Assembly: GCA_963544995.1 (NCBI GenBank)
Contig: CAUUHH010000002.1
Location: forward strand, 1-60,330
Origin: an uncultured Alphaproteobacteria bacterium
GTDB lineage: Bacteria; Pseudomonadota; Alphaproteobacteria; Rs-D84; CACZYB01
DNA: 60,330 nt
Direction of reading: 5' to 3'
The translations under genes and the position numbers were made by a program. Shown here in pieces: positions 39,021-47,235 of the stretch (positions are counted from its first letter, which is position 1; every line of letters begins with the position of its first letter). The notes beneath the pieces were generated by a model. That model saw nothing but the letters and a program-made list of their open reading frames with translations. It searched no databases and had not been told where the DNA came from.

Positions 39021-39147
39021 CTCTATATAATATATATTAATAATATAATATTTTTTGCATAAAAGAAAGTTATAAAATAGGAGATTTTAAATTATTACAA
39101 TATTAGAACAATCATTTGATTTTTTATTAAATAAAGATAATTTATTA

Positions 39148-39411
39148 ATGCTGGTTATCCATGCAAGGAATTCTGAACCTCAAAATCCATTTTTAGTATT
39201 TGATAAAAAAAATACAGTTATTTTAGCTAGGGATGCAGAAGAAGCCATAGAGCTAACCTGTATAGATAAACAAGTTTTAAATATTTTAAAAAAAATACAA
39301 AATTTAACTATTACTGAAATGGCCGAAAATAATAATGCAATAAGGAAATATAGTGTAAAAGTTATAATAGATAAAAAATTAAATATAAAACGAAATAGCC
39401 CTTTCTTTTAA
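39148..39411 (+). CDS. Hypothetical protein
   Basis: 87-aa ATG ORF. The frame is open upstream to 39091 (ATT), 7 nt after a strong SD (TAGGAGA), so the true start may be non-ATG. Confidence 0.3.
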   Translation: MLVIHARNSEPQNPFLVFDKKNTVILARDAEEAIELTCIDKQVLNILKKIQNLTITEMAENNNAIRKYSVKVIIDKKLNIKRNSPFF

Positions 39412-39491
39412 AATAATATTCTTCAGATAAATATTGTTTTTAAAATAAATTTATTATAAAAATAACAAAATTTTAAATACAGGAGAAATAA

Positions 39492-40190
39492 ATGAACCCA
39501 TCGACATTTTCTTTATTTAGTCTATTTACTCAGTCAGATATAATGACAAGATTTTCTGCAATAATGCTTGTATTGTCATCAATTTATGCTTGGACAATAA
39601 TAATAGAAAAAACTTTTACATTAAAAAAAATAAAATTTAAAAGTAGCATATTTGAAAAAAAATTTTGGAGCGGAGGATCATTAGAAGAATTATTTGCCTC
39701 AATTAGGACAAAAGCATATGATCCTATGTCCATAGTGTTTATTGCAGCAATGAAGGAATGGAAAAAATCATCATCTATTTTAAAAGGGAAAAACACATTA
39801 GGTAAAACTATTGGAGTTAATGAAAGAATTGAAAAAGTTATGGATATAACAATAGAGCGAGAAATGGGTAAATTAGAACAACATATAGATTTTTTATCCA
39901 TGATTGGAAGTACTGCTCCACTTATAGGTTTATTTGGAACAATATGGGGAATAATGAGTAGTTTTTCAGCAATAGGTTCTGCTAATAATGCTACACTAAA
40001 CGTAGTTGCTCCAGGTGTTGCAACTGCTCTATCAACCACTGCTTTGGGATTAATAGTCGCAATTCCTGCAGTAATAGGATATAATAAAATTACCTCGGAT
40101 CTATCAAGCTATGGAACAAAGTTAGAGTCATTTTCAGGTGAATTTACAGCAATTATTTCAAGACAAATTGATGAAAGTACGAATAATTAA
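39492..40190 (+). CDS. tolQ: Tol-Pal system protein TolQ
   Basis: 232 aa. MotA/TolQ/ExbB signature 'GSTAPLIGLFGTIWGIM'. RBS CAGGAG. Confidence 0.9.
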   Translation: MNPSTFSLFSLFTQSDIMTRFSAIMLVLSSIYAWTIIIEKTFTLKKIKFKSSIFEKKFWSGGSLEELFASIRTKAYDPMSIVFIAAMKEWKKSSSILKGKNTLGKTIGVNERIEKVMDITIEREMGKLEQHIDFLSMIGSTAPLIGLFGTIWGIMSSFSAIGSANNATLNVVAPGVATALSTTALGLIVAIPAVIGYNKITSDLSSYGTKLESFSGEFTAIISRQIDESTNN

Positions 40191-40201
40191 AGGTTTTATA
40201 T

Positions 40202-40624
40202 ATGATTATAAAAAAATACAGAAAATATAAAAATGTAAAACCAGAAATAAATTTAACATCAATGATTGATGTTATGAGTATTTTGATGTCTGTTTTTATG
40301 GTGACTGCTCCAATGCTTACAACTGGTATAAATGTAAATTTACCAAAAGGTGGTAAATCAGTAATAGAAGGATCAGAAAAAGCAATAGATATAATTATCA
40401 ATAAAAATGGTAATATATATATAGGTAATAACGAGGTAAAAAAGAATAATTTATCTAAAACTATATCTTCTATGTTAAAAGAAAATCCTAAATTAAATAT
40501 AGTTATAAGTGGTGATGCCAATACATACTATAATAAAATAGTTGATGTTATGAGTATTCTAAAAAATGCGGGATTTAAAAAGATCGGATTAAAAACAGAA
40601 TTAGAAACTGTAATCAAAAAATGA
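40202..40624 (+). CDS. tolR: Tol-Pal system protein TolR (ExbD family)
   Basis: 140 aa. 'PEINLTSMIDVMSILMSVFMV' TM segment plus the ExbD periplasmic domain. Confidence 0.85.
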   Translation: MIIKKYRKYKNVKPEINLTSMIDVMSILMSVFMVTAPMLTTGINVNLPKGGKSVIEGSEKAIDIIINKNGNIYIGNNEVKKNNLSKTISSMLKENPKLNIVISGDANTYYNKIVDVMSILKNAGFKKIGLKTELETVIKK

Positions 40625-41547
40625 TATATTCAAAAAAATACCCAATATTAAACAACTTAATATCTAAAATAGATCCATATTTTTTTAGTGATAGTTTTAT
40701 TGTTTCAATTGTACTTCACATATTCATTTTATTTTTAATTTTTATAAGTCCATATATAAAAACTTCATCAACAATACTAAAAATAAAAAATAATGATAAT
40801 ATAGAAATAAATTTAGAAAATTTTACAGTAACCAAAAAAACTATTATTCAAAAACAAAATAAAATAAATAATACTCAAAAAAAAGAAATAAAGTATCCTA
40901 AACCCATAAATAAAAAAGAAAGTATCAAAAACAATGTTAATAGCAATACAATAGAAAAAGAAAAAATTGATAAAATTGCAGATTATGTAAGTAAATTAAA
41001 TACAAAAAAATCAAAAATAGATAAAAAACTATCCAAAAAAAAGAAAGATATTAATAATAAAGAAAAAAGATTAGGCGGTTTGGATAAATTGTTGGCATCT
41101 GTTGATAATTTGAAAAAAAATAACAAAAATACTTCGATACCTAAACTTACAGAAATAAAAAAAGGAATACAAAAGGTTGAAACATCAGATAATATTAAAA
41201 ATTACCCTGTAACAGATACTAATTTTGTAAAAAATCAAATAGCTATTTCTTATATAGATGCAATAAAAATAAAACTTGCATCATGCTGGAATTTAGACGC
41301 AGGAGCAAAAGGTATAAAAAATATGAAAATAGTTATTCAAACTTCATTAACACAAGATGGTAAGGTTATATAAATAGATATATTAAACAGTAACGAATAT
41401 AATAAATCTCCATGGTTCAAAGCGGTCGCTGATAGTGCAAAAAGAGCAGTAATAATTTGTAGTCCATATAATTTGCCAAAAGAATTTTATAACGATTGGA
41501 AAAACATAATTTTTACATTTTATCCAGATAAAAAATCCATTAAATAA
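40621..41547 (+). pseudogene. tolA: TolA interrupted by an in-frame TAA (41371-41373); the conserved C-terminal domain continues in frame to TAA 41545-41547
   Basis: TM anchor, K-rich linker, then 'CWNLDAGAKG..IQTSLTQDGKVI*IDILNSNEYNKSPWFKAVADSAKRAVIICSPYNLPKEFYNDWKNIIFTFYP'. This matches the alphaproteobacterial TolA C-terminal pattern across the stop. Confidence 0.7.
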
Positions 41548-41607
41548 AGAAATATTGAATTTATTTTTATAAATGTTACGATTAATAAGAAATAAGGAAT
41601 TTTAATT

Positions 41608-42924
41608 GTGAAAAAAATAACGATAAAAAAATATCCTGAAAAAAGTTCTATTTTAGAAATAATTTGTTTATATTTGCATAAAATATTTCATGAAAGAAAA
41701 ATTTTAGTACAAAAATCTGGTAAATTAGTTTCATATAGTTTTTCATCATCTTCACAAATTATACTATTTTCTTTCATTTTGGTATTTATTATTTGGAGTT
41801 TATTTACAACTAAAATTTATTTAGAAAATATTAATATCATTCAAAGTAAAGATATTCAAATAGAAAATTCTAAAATACAATTCGAAAAATTAATTTCAGA
41901 TATAGGTGTATATCGTAATAACTTAAGCGAATTAAATAAAAAATTAGAATTATCTCATAACAACGTAATTGAATTAATTTCGAAAAATAATAAATTAACA
42001 TCTAAAGAAAAAAATGATCTACTAAAAAAAAGGACATTATTAACAAGTGAGTTTGAATATGTTAATAATTCGTTTAACAAATTTATAACTAAAATTAAAT
42101 GGGACAATAATTTTCAAAAAGATAACATAAATTCCAAAAATACAAAAATGGAATTAGAAAGAAATATAGCACTAAACGAAAATATCTTTCTTAAAAAGAA
42201 AAATGATATTATCGAAAAATCATTAAGTGATATGGTATTACTTCAAAATAATTTATTGGATAAAATTATTGTTCTTGCTGATGGTAAGCTTAAATCGATA
42301 GAAAGTGTATTAAATAAAATAGGTGGAGTATTGTATAGTATAGATTTAAAAGATAATTCCAAATTAATAAACAAATTATCATTATCTGGAATAAATGGAG
42401 TAGGTGGTAAGTATATCCCTTTAAAAAATATAACATTAAATGATAAAAATTTAGATAGTAAATTTAAATCGATTAATAATAAAATAAATTTATGGGAGGG
42501 ATTATCTATGGTAAAATCAATGCTTCCATTAGGTGCTCCTGTAAAAAAAATGCGAATAACATCTCCATTTGGAGTAAGAAGTGACCCATTTCTAAAAACT
42601 CCAGCAATGCATACAGGGATTGATTTTGCTGGTAAACATGGAACTCCACTTTATTCAACATCTGCTGGTAAAGTTATATATGCTGGGAAAAGAGGTGATT
42701 ATGGTTTAGCTGTTGAAGTAGATCATGGATTAGGTTTTTCAACTTTGTATGGGCATTTAAGCAAAGTATCTGTTAATAAAGGAGATATTATTGAGGAAGG
42801 AGCAAAGGTAGGTCTAGCTGGATCAACAGGAAGAAGTACAGGTACTCATTTACATTACGAAATCAGATATAATTCAAGACCTTTAAATCCTTATTCTTTT
42901 TTACATATAGAAAATAATTCATAG
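41608..42924 (+). CDS. Membrane-anchored coiled-coil M23 (LytM) peptidase, LmdC/EnvC-like
   Basis: 438 aa, GTG start. Cytoplasmic tail, TM segment, long coiled coil, and an intact M23 site 'HTGIDFAG' ... 'GTHLHYEI'. Confidence 0.85.
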   Translation: MKKITIKKYPEKSSILEIICLYLHKIFHERKILVQKSGKLVSYSFSSSSQIILFSFILVFIIWSLFTTKIYLENINIIQSKDIQIENSKIQFEKLISDIGVYRNNLSELNKKLELSHNNVIELISKNNKLTSKEKNDLLKKRTLLTSEFEYVNNSFNKFITKIKWDNNFQKDNINSKNTKMELERNIALNENIFLKKKNDIIEKSLSDMVLLQNNLLDKIIVLADGKLKSIESVLNKIGGVLYSIDLKDNSKLINKLSLSGINGVGGKYIPLKNITLNDKNLDSKFKSINNKINLWEGLSMVKSMLPLGAPVKKMRITSPFGVRSDPFLKTPAMHTGIDFAGKHGTPLYSTSAGKVIYAGKRGDYGLAVEVDHGLGFSTLYGHLSKVSVNKGDIIEEGAKVGLAGSTGRSTGTHLHYEIRYNSRPLNPYSFLHIENNS

Positions 42925-42933
42925 GAGTAAATT

Positions 42934-43281
42934 ATGTTTGGTATATCAAAAAAGGTTAGTTCATCTACTTTAATTAGTAGTAATATGTATATAAAAGGAA
43001 CTGTAAAATCTAACACTGAAATTTACAATGATGGAGTTATAGAAGGAGAGGTTGATTGTAAAATTTTAATTATTGGTTTAAATGGTAAAATAAAAAGCAA
43101 TACAATTCACGCAGAAAAAATAGTAATCCATGGTGAAATAGAGGGAAATATCGATGCTGCTTCTGTATATCTAGGAGCATCAGCAAGAATAAATGGAAAT
43201 ATATTACACAATGAAATATCAATTCAGAATGGAGCATTTATAAGTGGAGAAATTAAACAAAAAAGGTCAAATGGAAAATAA
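42934..43281 (+). CDS. Bactofilin (polymer-forming cytoskeletal protein)
   Basis: 115 aa. Repetitive beta-helix pattern 'GTVKS..IYNDGVIEGEV..KILIIGLNGKIKS..IHGEIEGNI'. Confidence 0.8.
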   Translation: MFGISKKVSSSTLISSNMYIKGTVKSNTEIYNDGVIEGEVDCKILIIGLNGKIKSNTIHAEKIVIHGEIEGNIDAASVYLGASARINGNILHNEISIQNGAFISGEIKQKRSNGK

Positions 43282-43729
43282 TAATAAAGAATACAAAAAT
43301 ATTATTATTGGATGCGATCATGCTGGTTTAGACTTAAAACAAACAATAATTGACTATTTAACTAACAATAATTTTAACATATATGATATAGGGACTTATT
43401 CAAAAGATTCTTGTGATTATCCTGATATCGCTAAAAGTTTAGTTAATAAATTTAGATGGCTTAATAATTCTTTAGGAATTCTTATATGTGGAACAGGAAT
43501 AGGTATGTCTATTGCTGTGAATAAATTCAATGATATCAGGGGAGCCTTAATTTATAACTCTGAAACTGCAAAACTAGCAAAAGAACATAATAATGCAAAT
43601 GTTATAATATTTGGAGCAAGGATGTTTTCTATAGATGTAAATTTAAGCTATTTAAAAATATTTTTAGCTTCATCTTTTTCAAATGAAAAAAGACATATAA
43701 ACAGAATAGAAAAATTATCATTGCTATAA
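43271..43729 (+). CDS. rpiB: Ribose-5-phosphate isomerase B
   Basis: 'IIIGCDHAG' and 'CGTGIGMSIAVNK'. ATG 43271 is preferred; the track start 43244 lies deeper inside the bactofilin gene. Confidence 0.9.
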   Translation: MENNNKEYKNIIIGCDHAGLDLKQTIIDYLTNNNFNIYDIGTYSKDSCDYPDIAKSLVNKFRWLNNSLGILICGTGIGMSIAVNKFNDIRGALIYNSETAKLAKEHNNANVIIFGARMFSIDVNLSYLKIFLASSFSNEKRHINRIEKLSLL

Positions 43730-43804
43730 AACTAAATTTTCAATTGAAACTTGATAGATAAAATTTTAACATAAAATAATTAATTTTTATTATAGGAGGA
43801 TGAT

Positions 43805-45067
43805 ATGCAAAATTTTTTTACAGATTCTTTAGAAAACAGAGATAATACAGTATTTTCTATAATAAAAAAAGAATTAGATAGACAACAAAATCAAATAGAA
43901 TTAATTGCATCAGAAAATATAGTATCCAAGGCCGTTTTAGAAGCCATGGGATCAATCCTTACAAATAAATATGCAGAAGGATATAGTGGAAAAAGATATT
44001 ATCAAGGTTGTAAATATATAGATGAAATAGAAACATTATGTATTGAACGAGCAAAACAAATCTTTAATTGTAATTTTGCAAATGTTCAACCTCATAGTGG
44101 AGCACAAGCAAATACCGCTGTATTATTTGCTTTATTAAATATTGGTGACACAATAATGGGGATGAGTCTTGATGCAGGGGGCCATTTAACTCATGGTGCA
44201 AAACCTACTATCAGTGGAAAATGGTTTAAATCTGTTTCATATAGAGTAAAGAATGATGGGTATATAGATTATAATGCTGTAGAAAAATTAGCTTTAGAAA
44301 ATAAACCTAAGTTAATTATAGCTGGTGGTTCCGCCTATCCACGATTAATAGATTTTAAAAAATTTAGAGAGATAGCAGATAAAATTGATGCATACTTAAT
44401 GGTTGATATGGCACATTTTGCAGGATTAGTTGCAGGTAAAGTGATCCCATCACCGATAGGTATTGCTGATATTGTTACCACTACAACGCATAAAACTTTA
44501 CGAGGCCCTCGTGGTGGAATGATTCTAACTAATAATGAAGAGTTAGCAAAAAAAATAGATAAGGCTGTATTCCCTGGAATTCAAGGAGGTCCACTAGAAC
44601 ATATAATCGCAGCTAAAGCTGTCGCTTTTGGTGAAATTTTATCCCCAGATTGGAAAAGATATGCAGAACAAATTATTAAAAATGCAAATACATTAGCGCA
44701 TAAACTTATTGAAAATGGTTTTGATTTAGTAAGTTCGGGAACAGATACTCACTTGATATTGGTAGACTTAAGAAAAAAAGGAATAACAGGAGCAGATGCT
44801 GATAAAGTGTTGGAAAACGCAGGCATTACATGTAATAAAAATGGAATACCAAATGATCCAAATCCACCATCAATAACATCTGGAATAAGATTGGGAACCC
44901 CAGCAATAACAACAAGAGGATTTATTGAAACTGACGTAATACAGATTGCAGATTTTATTACAGAAGCAGTAGATGATTTTATTTTAAACAAAGAGTACAA
45001 TTCAATTAAGATTAAAGAGATAAGAGAACAAGTTAAAATTTTATGTGGTAAACATCCAATATATTAA
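43805..45067 (+). CDS. glyA: Serine hydroxymethyltransferase
   Basis: 420 aa. 'ELIASEN' and the PLP site '[14 protein letters not shown]'. Confidence 0.95.
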   Translation: MQNFFTDSLENRDNTVFSIIKKELDRQQNQIELIASENIVSKAVLEAMGSILTNKYAEGYSGKRYYQGCKYIDEIETLCIERAKQIFNCNFANVQPHSGAQANTAVLFALLNIGDTIMGMSLDAGGHLTHGAKPTISGKWFKSVSYRVKNDGYIDYNAVEKLALENKPKLIIAGGSAYPRLIDFKKFREIADKIDAYLMVDMAHFAGLVAGKVIPSPIGIADIVTTTTHKTLRGPRGGMILTNNEELAKKIDKAVFPGIQGGPLEHIIAAKAVAFGEILSPDWKRYAEQIIKNANTLAHKLIENGFDLVSSGTDTHLILVDLRKKGITGADADKVLENAGITCNKNGIPNDPNPPSITSGIRLGTPAITTRGFIETDVIQIADFITEAVDDFILNKEYNSIKIKEIREQVKILCGKHPIY

Positions 45068-45098
45068 AAAATAGGTAGTAAAAACTACCTATTTTTTT
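45066..45098. terminator. Bidirectional hairpin terminator
   Basis: ATAGGTAGT(45071-79)-AAAA-ACTACCTAT(45084-92), flanked by an A-run and a T7 run. Sits between convergent glyA and a TM2-domain gene. Confidence 0.8.
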
Positions 45099-45113
45099 AT
45101 AACAATTTTCATT

Positions 45114-45527
45114 CTATTTTTGTTTATCTGTTTTCATTCCTTCCTTTAATATTTGTGATTCTACAGGCTTATTTTTATTAGTAGAAAGATTTACAATATT
45201 AGCAACATGTATTGCAGATATAGAAGCATAAATCAACATAATAACAGCAATAAGAAATTCTTTAGATGAATTATCTTTTTTTATTAATAATTGAATTGAA
45301 TATATCAAAGATGCAATAATTGTGAAAAGTGCTCCAACAATAGTCAAATCTAATAAAATATATAAATAGCCTTGCTTTCTTTTTCCTTCATAAAATTTAC
45401 ACGCACCAAGCCATCCAGCCAAAGAATTTATAATAATAACTTTAGATCTTTCTGTTATAAATCCATTCAAATTATCAACTTTAGAAGTTTTCAGAATAGC
45501 AGAATTCTTATTTCTATTTACAACCAT
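45114..45527 (-). CDS. TM2-domain membrane protein
   Basis: 137 aa. 'LAGWLGACKFYEGKRKQGYLYILL' matches the TM2 pattern (G.lG.hrFY.g). Has an additional C-terminal TM helix. Confidence 0.65.
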   Translation of the reverse strand: MVVNRNKNSAILKTSKVDNLNGFITERSKVIIINSLAGWLGACKFYEGKRKQGYLYILLDLTIVGALFTIIASLIYSIQLLIKKDNSSKEFLIAVIMLIYASISAIHVANIVNLSTNKNKPVESQILKEGMKTDKQK

Positions 45528-45552
45528 TTAATTTACCTCCTATTTTATATAA

Positions 45553-46002
45553 TTAAATTTTGATAGTTGATACTGTTTCAGAAATTATATCCCTAGAATT
45601 TTCTCTATATTGAACATATCTAGTCTTTTTATTATATGTAGGTTTGTTTTCCATAAATAATGCAAAAGACACAACAATTAAAATAATGCCAACAATAAAT
45701 TCATAATCTGTGGATTTTTTATTTACAACTAATCTTAATAAATCAATAAATGAAAATGTATATGATAAAATTATCCCTATAATAGCAAAATAAGATCTTG
45801 TATCTACCATAGGAATTATAATTCCTATTAAAGAAAGTAATATATAAAAAATACCAGAAATATATTTTCTTTCATAGAATCTATGAACACCTAAAAATCC
45901 AAATAAAGAACACAAAAAGATACTTCTCATTCTATCAGTATTAAATTTATTAATAGACTTAGATAATGATTTACTTAAGCTTTTATCTGATTTCACTGCC
46001 AT
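45553..46002 (-). CDS. TM2-domain membrane protein (paralogue of neighbour)
   Basis: 149 aa. 'LFGFLGVHRFYERKYISGIFYILL'. Same architecture as 45114-45527. Confidence 0.7.
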   Translation of the reverse strand: MAVKSDKSLSKSLSKSINKFNTDRMRSIFLCSLFGFLGVHRFYERKYISGIFYILLSLIGIIIPMVDTRSYFAIIGIILSYTFSFIDLLRLVVNKKSTDYEFIVGIILIVVSFALFMENKPTYNKKTRYVQYRENSRDIISETVSTIKI

Positions 46003-46021
46003 AAAACTCTCCTTTCTTAAT

Positions 46022-47215
46022 CTATTTCTTTAATGGAACTATTGCTGGTAATTCCTTACCTTCCAACCACTCTAAAAAGGCTCCACCAGCTGTTGAAATA
46101 TAACTAAATTTATCATAAACATCTGCATGCTTTAACGCTGAAACAGTATCTCCACCTCCAGCAACAGATATAACAGAATTTAATGCAGTTAAATCCGCTA
46201 TAAAGTTTGCAAAATCATTTGTACCTCTATCAAAAGGTGGAATTTCAAATACTCCAAGTGGTCCATTCCAAAGAACTGTTTTTACATCAGAAAACTTTTC
46301 TTTTAAAAATTCAGATGTTTTTATTCCTACATCAAATATTTTTTCATCACCAGAAACATTATCTATATCAACTACATGATTTGAAATATTTTCTTTTAAT
46401 TCATTTGCCACACATACATCAATAGGCAAAACTATTTCGCAATTACTTTTTTCTGCTTCATTTATTATAGAGTTTGCAACATCTAACATATCACTTTCTA
46501 CCATAGATGCTCCTATATTATACCCTTTTGCAAGCAAAAATGTATTTGCCATTGCTCCACCTATAACTATTGCATCAACTTTTTTAGTTATATTTTTTAG
46601 TACATCTATTTTTGTTGAAACTTTTGAACCACCTACTACAGCAATTGCTGGATGAACAGGAGCTTCAAGAGCATTCGATAAAGCATTAACTTCCTCTTCC
46701 ATCAAAAAACCAGCATATGATGGTAAATATTTTGAGATTCCTTCTGTGGAAGCATGAGCTCTATGAGAAGTTGAAAATGCATCATTAACAAAAACATCTC
46801 CTAATTCAGATAATTGTTTTGCAAAATCAGGATCATTTTTTTCTTCCCCATCATAAAATCTTACATTTTCAAGAATACAAATATCTCCAGAATTCATAGC
46901 AGATATTTGTTTTTTTACATTATCTCCAATAACATCATCTACAAATAATACAGACTTTTCAATAAATTTAGATAAAGTATCTAATAAAATCCTTGTAGAA
47001 AATTCTGGATTTTTTCTACCTTTTGGCCTTCCAAAATGAGTAATAATAACAACTTTGGCTCCATTATCAGATAGATATTTTGCAGTAGGGACAAACCTTG
47101 CAATTCTTTCACTATCAGTAATAATACCATCAATTACAGGAACATTCAAATCTGCTCTAACAACTACAGTTTTATTTTGTAAATTTTTAATATCTTTTAT
47201 TGTATTTAATAACAT
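46022..47215 (-). CDS. pgk: Phosphoglycerate kinase
   Basis: 397 aa. 'RADLNVP', 'ITHFGRPKG', 'STAGGAFLEWLEGKELP'. Confidence 0.95.
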   Translation of the reverse strand: MLLNTIKDIKNLQNKTVVVRADLNVPVIDGIITDSERIARFVPTAKYLSDNGAKVVIITHFGRPKGRKNPEFSTRILLDTLSKFIEKSVLFVDDVIGDNVKKQISAMNSGDICILENVRFYDGEEKNDPDFAKQLSELGDVFVNDAFSTSHRAHASTEGISKYLPSYAGFLMEEEVNALSNALEAPVHPAIAVVGGSKVSTKIDVLKNITKKVDAIVIGGAMANTFLLAKGYNIGASMVESDMLDVANSIINEAEKSNCEIVLPIDVCVANELKENISNHVVDIDNVSGDEKIFDVGIKTSEFLKEKFSDVKTVLWNGPLGVFEIPPFDRGTNDFANFIADLTALNSVISVAGGGDTVSALKHADVYDKFSYISTAGGAFLEWLEGKELPAIVPLKK

Positions 47216-47235
47216 TGTCCACTCCTAATAATAAA

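Noticed and set aside
41371-41373. Reassignment of TAA to a sense codon as an explanation for the tolA in-frame stop.
   Set aside because: TAA is the terminator of most well-delimited genes in this window, with protein lengths matching their families. A genome-wide recoding is therefore not tenable.
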